Source: the human T2T-CHM13v2.0 reference genome, Homo sapiens. Taken from it: DNA of 64,000 bases. A model generated the notes under the pieces. It saw nothing but the letters and a program-made list of their open reading frames with translations, searched no databases and had not been told where the DNA came from. Made by a program: the position numbers and the translations under genes. Below are positions 1-12,537 of the stretch, in pieces. The stretch lies in assembly GCF_009914755.1 (NCBI RefSeq), contig NC_060930.1. The stretch is one strand, 5' to 3'. Position 1 is the first letter of the stretch, and each line of letters opens with the position of its first letter.

Positions 1-1566
1 TAGTGAGCTTGAGCACAGGTTATCTGAAAATACCCAAACAGAGGAGACAAAAGAAAAGAGAATAAAAACAAACAACCACAACCATAGGTTCTAGAAAATA
101 TCTTCAAAAAGGCAAAATGTTATTGGTCTTAAGAGGAGGTAGAGAAAGCGATAAGGGTATAGTTTATTCAAAAGCATTATAACAGAGAATTTTCCAAACC
201 TAGAGAAAGATATCAATACTAAAGTACAAGAAGTTTATATAACACCAAACAGATTTAACCAAAAGAAGACTACCTGAAGGCATTTAATAATTAAACTCCC
301 AAAGATCAAGAATAAAGTAAAGCTACTAAAGCAGCAAGATAAAAGAAACAAATAACATACAATGGAGCTCAAATACATCCGGCAGCAGACTTTTCAGTGG
401 GAATCATACAGGCCAGAAGAGACTAGCTTAACATATTTGAAGTGCTGAAGAGAAAACACTTTTACCCTATAATAGTATATCTGGATATATATATCCAGAT
501 ATATATATATTTGGACATTTATATATGCAATATATATATGGCATATAGATATTATATATGCCATATATATATATGCAAACATGAAGGAGAAATAACAACT
601 TTCCAACACAAACAAAAGGAAGGCTGAGGCAGGAGAACTGCTTGAACCCATCATCAAGAGAGCAGAAATAATTTAAATTGAAATGAAGAAAATTATATGA
701 AATATCCATGAAATAAGAAGTTGGTTTTTTGAAAAGTTAAAAAAATTGACAAACCTTTAGCCAGAATAATTAAGGAAATATATACATTTATATATTTAGA
801 AAGAGAGAGAGAGAGAGAAGGTCCAAATAAATAAAATCAGAGATGAAAAAGGAGACATTACAACTGATACCACAGAAATTCAAAGGATCATTTGTGGCTA
901 TTAAGAGCAACTATATGCCAATATATTGGAAAATCTAGAAGAAATGAACAAATTCCTAGACACAAATAACCTACCAACAATGAACCAGGAAGAAATCCCA
1001 AACCTAAAAAGACCAACAACAAGTAATGAGATCAAAGCCATAATAAAAAGTCTCTCCATAAAAATTAAATAAATAAAAAAGACCAGAACCCGATGGCTTT
1101 TACTGCTGAATTCTGCCAAACACTTAAAGAACTAGCAGCAATCCTATTGAAAGTATTCCAACAAACAGAGGAGAAACGAATACTAACAGACTCATTCTAT
1201 AAGCCCAGTACCCTGATACCAAAACCAAAGACGCACCAAAAGAAGAAAACCACAGGATAATATCTCTGATGAATATTGACACAAAAATCCTCAACAAAAT
1301 ACTAGCAAACCAAATTCAACAACACATTAAAAAGATCATTCATCATGCAAGGATGGTTCAACACATGCAAATCAATCAACATGATACATCAGTTCAACAG
1401 AATGAAGGACAAAAACCATATAATCATTTCATTTGATGCTGAAAATGCATTTGATAATATTCAACATTCCTTCATGATAAAAACACTCAAAAATTGTGTA
1501 TAGAAGAAACATATCTCAACATAATATAAGCCATGACAGACCCATGGCTAGTATCATTCTGAACAG

Positions 1567-1597
<31 letters not shown>

Positions 1598-2680
1598 CTC
1601 CTCAAATCAGGAAGATGACAAGAATGCCCACTTTCACCATTGTTACTGAACATAGTACTGCAGGAAAAAAAATCTAATAATCTGATTAAAAATGTCCAAA
1701 AGATCAGAATATGTATTTCTGAAAAGAACATATGTAAGTAGCAAACGAATATATGAAAAGGTGTCCACATCATTGATCATCAGAGTAATGCAAATTAAAA
1801 CTACAATGAGATATCATCTGACCCCAATTAAAATGGCTTATATTCAGTAGTTGGGCAATAATTAATAAATAATAGCAAGGATGTGGAGAAAAGGGAAGCT
1901 TTGTACACCTTTGGTAGAAATGTACATTAGTACAACCATTATGTATAACAGTTTGGAGGTTCTTCAAACAAGTAAAAATAGAGCTACTACATGATTCAGC
2001 AATCCCACTGCTGGGTACATACCCTAACAAAAAGGAATCAGTATATCAAAGACATATCTGCACTTCTATGTTAGATACAGCATGGCTCACAATAGCCAAG
2101 AATTCAAAGCAACCTATGTGTCCACCACCAGAGGAATGGATAAAGAAAATGTGGTACTTATACACAATGGAGTACTATTCAGCCACAAAAAAATGAATGA
2201 GATTCTGTCACTTGTAACAACATGGATGGAAATTGAGGTGATTATGCCGAGTGAAATAAGCCAGTATAGAAAGACAAATATTGTATGTTGTCACTTATTT
2301 GTGGGGTCTGAAAATGAAAACAACTGAACTCATGGAGACAGAAAGTAGAATGATGGTCATCAGAAGCTGGGAAGGGGTTAGTGGCTGTGGGGAAAGGTAG
2401 GCATGGTTAATGGGTACAAAGCAAATAGAAAGAATGAATAAGACCTAGTATTTGATAGCACAACAGGGTGAATATAGTCAATAATAAACTAATTGTACAT
2501 TTAAACATAACTAAAAGAGTATTATTGGATTGTTTGTAATACAAAGGATAAATGCCTTAGGCGATGGATACCCCATTTTACATGATGTGATTATTACACA
2601 TTGCATCCCTGTATCAAAACATCTTATGTACCCCATAAATATATACACCTATGTGCCCAGAACAATTAAAGTAAAAACAT
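1..2680 (+). mobile_element. Old LINE-1 (L1MA1/L1MA2-like) with ORF1 remnant, ORF2 remnants, 3' UTR and two large internal deletions
   Basis: Degenerate ORF1 (1-617), ORF2 pieces (650-1660, 1662-2290), and 3' UTR gaatgaataagacctagtatttgatagcacaacagggtga typical of L1MA1/2. Confidence 0.88.
475..575. repeat. Interrupted (TA)n low-complexity tract inside L1 ORF1
   Basis: Direct reading of the sequence. Confidence 0.85.
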
Positions 2681-3237
2681 TTCTAAAAATGTAACAGCGT
2701 GGCTCTGGTCATTTTAATAAAACTAATGGTCAAACAGGGAACATCTGCACTAAGGTGGCACTTTTGGTTTACAACTTAATAATTTATAGCAATGTGACAA
2801 AAATTCTTCATTAGATGTGCAGTTAAATATACTTTGATCAATTTTCTAACCTACAAAACTATACAGGGAAACTCTCTCCTCCTAAAAAGAATATTCCAGG
2901 CTCTAGACATGAAGATTTCCCAGAAGAGCCCATGTTGCTCCAAGTCTTCTCCTAAGGGTGGGGCTAGAGTTGCAGAGAAGTGGTGATCTAGTTTCTCTGC
3001 TTGTACCTCACTATTTGCAGAGAGCTGTCAAATCAAAGTATGTAAACTGTTGACTTAGGCACCCTGAGTACAGGGTGCACATCATCTGTGGCAAACAGAA
3101 GAGAGGACGGATAGCAACATTTTGTAAATAAGTCATATCTAAACCACTCAACTTTATAGAGGCCATATTATAATGAACCAGTCAACTCAATCTTCTATGT
3201 CCTATAAGTAATTTTACAATATTTAAAGTAATTTAGA

Positions 3238-3433
3238 AAGGGAAAAATAGATACAGGGCCTATTTGAGGGTGGAGGGTTGGAGGATGGTGAAGATCAAAA
3301 AACCACTTATCGGACACTATGTTCATTACCTGTCTTACAAAATAATCTGTACACCAGACTCCCATAACACACACGATTTACCCATGTAGCAAACCTGCAC
3401 TTTTATTCTCTAAGCCTAAAATTATAAGAAAAA
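3238..3433 (+). mobile_element. Short 5'-truncated L1 3' end (L1PA13-16/L1PB-like) with TSD
   Basis: gggcctatttgaggggtggagggttgg...aaataatctgtacacc...aacctgcac then A tail. TSD aaagtaattt(a/g)ga at 3225-3237 and 3434-3446, with a TT/AAAG endonuclease site. Confidence 0.8.
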
Positions 3434-6126
3434 AAAGTAATTTGGATCCATTTTCTATTTATTTAACTTAGGTTGCAATAGTTAAAGAAACATCAAGAGA
3501 AGGCTTGGAAAAGTGTATTTCTTCCAATGTTTTGGTTCCTTGATGTTAATCTACTAGTGAAAGCAAGCTGATTTCATAAAATGACCTTCATGTTTATGTT
3601 TTGGGGTATTTCACACCCAATAGTTAAATATGTCCTAGTAATTGCCCAGTAATCTCAAGCAAATTACTGTTTCATGGGCAACAATATATTACAGCTATAC
3701 AAATGAAATAATTAAACTAGTATCTTTAGGTTTTCTGCCAGCTTTAAGATTGCATAAACTAACTTACTATGAGTATTATGACATAAAAGTACATAGGTTA
3801 TTCCTCAGACCAGATGAAGGAAACTAACACAACCCCACAGTTATCCTCATAATATTCTGAAACTAAATGTTGCCCAAGTTTAATTCTTATGCCCCAGATT
3901 ATTATGTTAAAGCTATAGAGTTGCCAACAAAGCATACTCTTGCCTTACTCATATTATAAAATCTTTCTTAAATGATAATAATAATCATCATAATACAAGT
4001 TTCTACATAGTTTCTTTAGATTATTAGTATTAAATAAAATGTGGATAAGACTTTGAAACCTAAAATTTATAGAACTGGAATCCTGAAAATATTAACTCAG
4101 CAAAGGTAGGATATGTCTGTTTTTTAATGGCTTGCCATCTTATACTGCATCATTTATATTCCTGTATAGGTAGGAGTGACTGTGGTCTTAAAGGACTCGA
4201 TTTGAGTGAATCTGATATTGACGGTGTTGCTGAGAAAACAAAAATCTCTCACACATTCAAGAAAATAAAAATGAGAGTCATTTGGTGTTTCAAATTCTGA
4301 AAAAAAAATATTCTGATAATTATTTAGCTTAAAATTTTTAGGCGAAAAAAAAAGAAAATGAAGACTGGGAAAAAATATTCCATAAGAGTTTAATGATAGA
4401 AATAAAATACTGCAAAACACCCAAAAACGAAGAGAAAACAGTAAGCCCGCTATTGAGGAACAGGAAGCAGCAAATAGAGGGCATTACAAGCTTAGAAATG
4501 TAAACATCACAGCTTCTGGAAATGTTCCAAATTCTTTAAATTAAGGCTCACATTTTGTTTGCCTTTTTTTAAAACCCTATAGTGATGCTAAAATTGTAGA
4601 TGCTAGCAATTACATACCTATAGCTAAAGGATTCCTTATCTGGAAAAAGGCATATGCAAGAATACTGGCATAACAGATTACTGTCCATCTCAAAACTCTG
4701 ACCTCAAAAAGCAAAGAAATTTAATGTTAGTATTTTCAAAATTAAAACAAGATGCTAAGTTTGCACAAAAATATGCAAAGAGTAAACTACTTTGCATATA
4801 ATATTTTAAAAGGAAATCTATTCATAATGGGTGTTAGTGATTTCTAATATTTAGATATTAAGCAAAAATACATAAATGTGTTTCCTTTATTGGCATTTGG
4901 TATGCTTGTTTCTATGACTGGCTTAACTGCCACAATGGAACAACTCAGAGGCACTATTCACATGAAATGCCTCGTGATCAGCATCCCCGGAAGTGCATAA
5001 AACACTGTCCTGCTGCAAAAAAAATCAAGTGGTCCAATCGTTGTGTTTACATCAAAATATGTAAATTTTTATTTGTATCCCTGGCATTTCATTTTCCTCA
5101 GTGTTTTTGACTTCACTCTTGGTGAACCCATACACCCAGAAAACAATTAAAAGTAAACTCTGCGGTGTTGTTATTCATTAGATTGAGAAGCTGCTGATTT
5201 TTTTTTTTCTTTTTTGGTCTTTCTTTGAGCTCCGTTTAGTGTCATTAACTAAAGCCAGAAAACAGTTTTCTACTGTTTAACAATGATTGTGAAGAGCCCA
5301 AATAAATTTTCAAGCATTCATGACAACTCTACTCAAGTAAGGAATGATTCAGATATTTATGACTGACAAAAATAGATTACTATTCAACTTTTGAATGACT
5401 TGTGAATTTAAAAAACTGGTAAGAAAATAGATCACTGTCAAATAAACATCACTGCAACTAATGAAATTCAGAATCTAAATTACTGCTGATGACGCACTTG
5501 AGTTAAGTGCAGAATTTTTCTCGTTAACATTCCCACTCTGGGCCCATTATCCTCTTAATTGTACCTCCAAATTCCCCAAGCTATGCTAGAACAAGTTGTC
5601 TAAGTTTCTCTTTAAAAAACATGGCTTATATTGGGGTCATTTCAACTATTAAAATAAACACTTAACAGGATCTTTCTAAAACCATACAAATAATAACAAC
5701 AACAACCTTTGCATCAAAGATTTTTCTAAGAGATTAAATATCCTTATTATTTTGCTTTTTCAATAACCATTCCCACAGGGTTTGACATTAAAATTACCCA
5801 TTAATTAATAATGTATTGTATGTTACAACAAGCAAAATAAAGCTATTTAAGTAAATTTTCTTTCTAACATTCAATTATATTAGAACAGTAACTTATTAAT
5901 GTGGGTCTTGGCTTTGGTTACTGAATTTGTAGGCAAAGCAAAGATAGAATCCAGTATAAAAAAATTAAGCAAATCTTAATATTTTAAAAAGTAAAATATG
6001 CAACACAGAACTTGAGAAATTATACATGCTCTAGATTTGTTTGCTATACAACTATGGGTGTTTTATGTGTTGATCGGTGCTTTCTATTAAATAAAATAAC
6101 ATGTACATATCTATATAGATACACAG

Positions 6127-6130
<4 letters not shown>

Positions 6131-6174
<44 letters not shown>

Positions 6175-6177
6175 ACA
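6131..6177. repeat. (AC)n microsatellite
   Basis: Direct reading. Confidence 0.95.
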
Positions 6178-6207
6178 CCCCTCTAGAAATTATCAGTCTG
6201 CATTGAT

Positions 6208-6225
6208 CGCCATTAGAGGACAGCA
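6208..6225 (+). promoter_or_regulatory. CTCF-like motif, copy 1 (CGCCATTAGAGGACAGCA)
   Basis: Resembles the CTCF core CCACTAGAGGGCAGCA; part of a duplicated unit. Motif only, no binding data. Confidence 0.35.
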
Positions 6226-7182
6226 GAAATATATATATATAGAATTTCATACAATTTTGAATTTCATTCTAAATTCATATATATGTATGTATGGAGAGAG
6301 AGATTATCTGCTAAATAATATGTATGTGGTACTAAATATATATTAATAGTATACAAATATATATTTCTAAACTTAATTGCCTTTGGATTCTCTCATTTTT
6401 CTCTAATATAACAATCTGGTTAAAATAAATAATGTAATGGGCACATATATTCCCAGTAATCTTGGTCTAGGTATTGCACAGACTGATCTCATATCTAAAT
6501 TCTTCCTTCAATAAAATGTAAGAAATGACTAATGATGTAACAAGCTCAGTTAATAGTCTCCCCACAAAAATACCATATTGAACATTTTGTTGATCAAGAT
6601 AAATCTTCAACAATCTAAAATGTTCAAAAGGAGGAACTAAGAAATAAAAACTCTTCCAGTCTTGGTCTGAGGCAGTACTTTCTGTGTAGTGCCATTTACT
6701 TTCGCTTTTGGGATCCATCTAGCATCCCTAGTAAAATGCTAGAACACTTGCTTTGTCAAGTTGTAGTAAAATTAAGAAGACTTACAGAGAAACTGGAATC
6801 ACCTGCCCAATTAACCTTGAGTTTTGTGACATTAAATCAGATATCCAAAGGCAGAAAGACTTTAAACCAGCTTTATGACTAACCTAATGCTTTTTAAACT
6901 AGAGCTTTCTATTTTTGATGTCTAGTATCTCATAAAACGTCTCTACCAAGAAGAAATGTTTGAATTGCCTCTCTTGGCAGCCTTTTATTTGACAAGTTTT
7001 AAATAAAATGTTGACATGTGCTTCAATTATTTGACGGTGGGAGAGGCAAATTCAAAATAAGTTGTAAATACAATACAATACAATACAGAACAAAACTAAA
7101 CTAAAAACAAACACCCAACAGACACACGCATGCACGCACACGCACACACACACCCGTCTAGAAATGATCAATCTGCGCTTAT

Positions 7183-7200
7183 CGCCATTAGAAGGCAGCA
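7183..7200 (+). promoter_or_regulatory. CTCF-like motif, copy 2 (CGCCATTAGAAGGCAGCA)
   Basis: Same as copy 1 and retains GGCAGCA. Motif only. Confidence 0.4.
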
Positions 7201-7240
7201 GAAATGCAAAAAGAGAATTTTACATATAAAGTAGTAATAA

Positions 7241-8234
<994 letters not shown>

Positions 8235-11062
8235 TTTCAGATCAGCAGTAAAGCTTATGACCTAAAATAATAGACCATCCTCAGTGGTAGAAAAGAACTA
8301 CATCATTATAATTCTGGCTTATAAATTGTAAAATGTCTAAAAATTTCTATTTTCATACATTCTTTTTTAATAGCTTAGTAAACAAAAATGTCTTACAATA
8401 TGGTGGGAGAGACCCTGATTCTGTGATTCTCTCATTTCACTCTTCTAGGGAAATAAGGGTACAGTACAAATAATGAGTCACAAGTGACAATGAGGACAAG
8501 TTACTATACAAGTAGCATTAATAAAATGTTTTCTGTATATAAAACTTGGTTTATGGCTGTGTCATTAGGTCCCTGAAAGTTTCCAAGGAGCAGGTCTTAA
8601 TTACAAAAATTAAAAGGAATTTGTCTAGATGCGAATAAAATCAGATGAGAGGAAATCAATGATTTAAGATAATATATAACTTTGATTCAAAATTCATAAA
8701 ACATTACTACCCCATATCCTGTTATTGAAGCTTATGAAGAACTTGAGCCCAGATAACTTTATGGCTTTTTTTTCTTTCTAAGGTCACAGGCACACTACAC
8801 TGAATGATAAATTATTCATACAACAAAAGATGAAGATGCTAATTTGAGAAATTGTCTCACAAATATGATGATATACTTCACTCCTCAAATCAAACCTAAT
8901 TAATTATTTGGTCATGTATATTCCAAATATAACACATACTGAAATAATCTATTGGTTAAACGTTGCAACATAAGTTTCATTGTATTCCCACAAATATATA
9001 TATTTTAACACAATGCTTCTTATCACAAGAGCTATGGTTCAGGAAGGACCTTTCAGTCTGTTACTCCTACTCTAAAATTCAAATCAGAGAAACAGGAAAG
9101 TTGAATGAATCAAACATAAATAAAATTCCACTTATCTATATTTTATAATACTCTGCTTATGTTTCACAAACACAAATGATATTTAAGCAAGTTATTATGC
9201 TGATTCCTTTAACTCTGCTGGAAGTCAAAATGAGTTAGGCATTCTTTCCTTCAGAAGGCCAGTCAAGAAAGAAATGTTGTTGATCTACTGTGCAGTTCAT
9301 TAGAGGCACAGCTAAAATGAAAGTCAGGGTGTCTGGGCTCTTGATTTTGTAGGATTATAAACTGCTTTGGTGTTCAAGATATTAAAGAGTTGAAACAGGA
9401 GTCTATGTAACCAGTCACAGCCTGACTGACAAGCAATGAGCATGACTTCACCCCTTCAGGATTTGAGAGACTATTATGCTGTTTGATGTTAGGCAGAGCC
9501 CAGAAGCCAGATGAGAGATGGCTGGTGCTAGGTTCACACCCATATTGCCCACTAGGCAGCCACATCTCTTTGAAGGTTTTTTGTTGATTTTACTGTTGAT
9601 GAAAATCAATTTGCCATGAAATCAGAAAGAATTTACTAAAGTAGTCATCACCAAATGCAGAAGAAATATTCTAGAATAGAAACTGCACATTATTACTGCA
9701 TCAAAGACAGAAAAGCTTGCCTTGAGAAGTATTACACATTTTTCAAATAAAAATCCACCAAACAGCACTGTACTTTTAACATATAATCATGAGACTGCTT
9801 TAATACCCCATTTCGTAATTTCAGCCAAGCTTATTAACAGAAATGCCAAAATACCTTTCATTACAACATAATTTGTTCACAACATGTCCATTTGTGATTT
9901 CCATTTAAGGACAATAGGTGAGTCTAAGAAATTTGCTTTCAAGATCTCCTATTTTCCTCACTCTTGTCTGGGTGTGTTCAGCTATTGTCTGATTTTCTCT
10001 AACCCCTCTAACCTTTTTTCTTGGAGAGAATATGTTTATTTGTCACAGTTTTCAAAAATAAGCTTGTAGAACCACTGCTTCCTCTGTTCTCCCTCACCAG
10101 TCTTTGCCATCAACACCCCCCAAAATAGCAACACTCTATCTGAAGCTACAGTAAGTTACCCTGAACATTGCTCAGAAGCAACTACCAGTGAAACCAGCAG
10201 CTTTGTGGTTGTTTAGAACCAGCTGGCCATATGGTATATGAAGGACTTAGACTTTAAAGAACTTTCTAAACTGCTAGTTAATTTCCTGAGGTATTTTGAA
10301 ATATTTCATACATGCTGTATATTTTCCTTTCTAGATTTCTCTAAGAATACTTTTTCTTCTCACAATTTAAAATGTAGCTTCTGTGCAAGCATTCCTGGCT
10401 GGTCTTAAGTAGGATGTGAGTTCATATATTGTGGGATCTGACCAATACGAGAAAGAAATCATGACTATATGGTAGGATTTTGCTACTGGTATTACCTTGA
10501 ATATTATTATATTTTACTTTGTTTTCATTTTCTTTTTCTGCTTACAGAGTTATCGGCTAGGTATAACTAAACAAAAAGTAATGTTTCCCCAACACGAGAT
10601 AACACAAAGAAAAACATTAAACTTGAATCTTCTTATTAGATACCACTAGAATTATTTTATATATGATGCAATTAACTTTATAATGATCTGGAAACATATC
10701 TTAATACTTCGTATTTTCTTATGTAAGGATTAAGAAGTATTATTAGATCCACAAAAACAAAACGAAATGAGTTTGTCATTCTATCTACCTACTAATCCGA
10801 ATGACTGTTATTTTCTTAATTTTTTTTAAAAAAATGTTACACTGGTCAATATGTTTAATTAAGTATCAAGCTTTGTGACTCATGTCTAATACTTTTTATA
10901 TAGCATAATATTGAATCTATTCTTGAAGTAATAGTAGATATGGAATAAATATTTTTGATTTTTTTCCCTGACTTACACAACCAAATATCTTCTTTTATCA
11001 TGAAGTAAAGATCGAGTTTAAGACATACTTTGTATGTCTTATGTCCAGCCTCCAGTCTCCCG

Positions 11063-11411
11063 CTTAAGTGCTCACAGTGGCTCACATCTATAATCCCAGC
11101 ACTTTGGCAGGCTGAGGCAGGAGGATCACTTGAGGATCACTTGAATCCAGGAGTTCAGGACCAGCCTGGACAACAAAAGGAGACTCCATCTCTACAAAAA
11201 ATTTTAAAATTAACCAGGTGTGGTGGCGTTCACCTGTAGTCCCAGATACTTGGGAGGCTGAGGTGGAAATATCACTCGAGCCCTGAGCCCAACGGTGGGT
11301 CAAAGCTGCAGTGAGCTGTGATTGCACCACAATAGTACCACTGCAGTCCAGCCTGGGCAACAGAATGAGACACTGTCAGAAAAAAAAAGAAAAAGAAAGA
11401 AAAAGAAAAAA
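11063..11411 (+). mobile_element. AluJ with internal micro-duplications
   Basis: aggatcacttga and gctgcagtgagctgtgattgcacc are AluJ diagnostics; A-rich tail; aagacatac repeated at 11020-11028 and 11410-11418. Confidence 0.92.
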
Positions 11412-11449
11412 GACATACATTTTGTAGTACCTTAGCAGCATACCCAACA

Positions 11450-11769
11450 TAGAAAAGCAATCTGCATTATCATGTCTTATAAAGGTGAGGCAAACATGTT
11501 TATTAAACAATATATCCTGCAAAGTCACCTATCTATGAAACCACAGAGAAGAGTGCCGACCCAGGCTTTGTAAAGCACACAAGGAGCCCCTCATGTGGCT
11601 TCAGTTATTTAGTTTTTCTGTTGGATAAAAAGATTGGCAGTTGCATGTTGAACTTCTTAATACTTGCTGATCTAAATTTTAAACATGGCTAATCTTTGTA
11701 AAGTCAGGCAAAGTTGAGAAGAGGATTCTGAGAGGCCTGCCTAAGTTTGGTCAAGGAGAGTCTTTGTCA
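11450..11769 (-). mobile_element. ERV1-type LTR fragment (MER67-like)
   Basis: Ends in gtttggtcaaggagagtctttgtca, the reverse complement of an LTR start TGACAAAGACTCTCCTTGACCAAAC. Left boundary uncertain. Confidence 0.45.
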
Positions 11770-11839
11770 ACATACATACCCATACATACTTATGTGTATG
11801 TAGGTATGTGTCCTTGGACATATTACATTTCAATGCCTG

Positions 11840-12100
11840 TTACATCCACATTGACATGTTGAGTAGGTAAATATATAAATTTAGCATCTAGCACTTAAGG
11901 GGGAGACTGGAAGCTGGACATAAATTTGAGGTTCAGAGCACATTGGTGCTATAAGAACATGAAGGAAAAAAAGAAATCTGAAGACCAAGTCTGGGCTTGG
12001 AGGTCTGGAACAAGAGGATCCAGTCACAGAGACTGAGGAGGGGAACAATAAAGAATGAAGGTGAGCCAGTGATTGCGAATTACTTTCCAGGAGTTTTACT
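11840..12100 (-). mobile_element. L2 fragment
   Basis: gttgagtagg...ctggacataaatttgagg...gagactgaggagg, purine-rich L2-like sequence. Confidence 0.5.
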
Positions 12101-12209
12101 ATAAAGAAATCAGATGGTAGCCAAAGGGGAATAAGTATATTTATTAAATAAATATATGGCTATAGTTGTCATAATAGTTTTAGATATAGCTATGGTTATA
12201 CATAAAGTA

Positions 12210-12537
12210 CAGATTCTCCCTCAGGGCCGTCACACTTGGCATTCTCTCTCCTTTCTGATATTTCTATGTTTGGCTCCTTCTCATCTTCCAGTGTTCTTTC
12301 TACTTGATCACTGTATCAAAATTTGCTCCCAACACCACTAACCTCTTTTCCCTGCTTCTGTTTCATTTAAATCCATAAAAATTATCAAGTCCTAAAAGTA
12401 TAAAATGTATTCATATATTTATTATCTGTCTTTCCCATTGGAATGTAAACTCTAAGAGAGGAAGACCTTGTATTCATTACTATAAATTAGAACTGTGAAT
12501 TACATAAAATGTGTTCAATAAATAATTAATGCATGAA
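12210..12537 (+). mobile_element. L2 3' end
   Basis: tctttcccattggaatgtaaactctaagagagg...gttcaataaataattaatgcatgaa is a typical L2 terminus. Confidence 0.6.
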
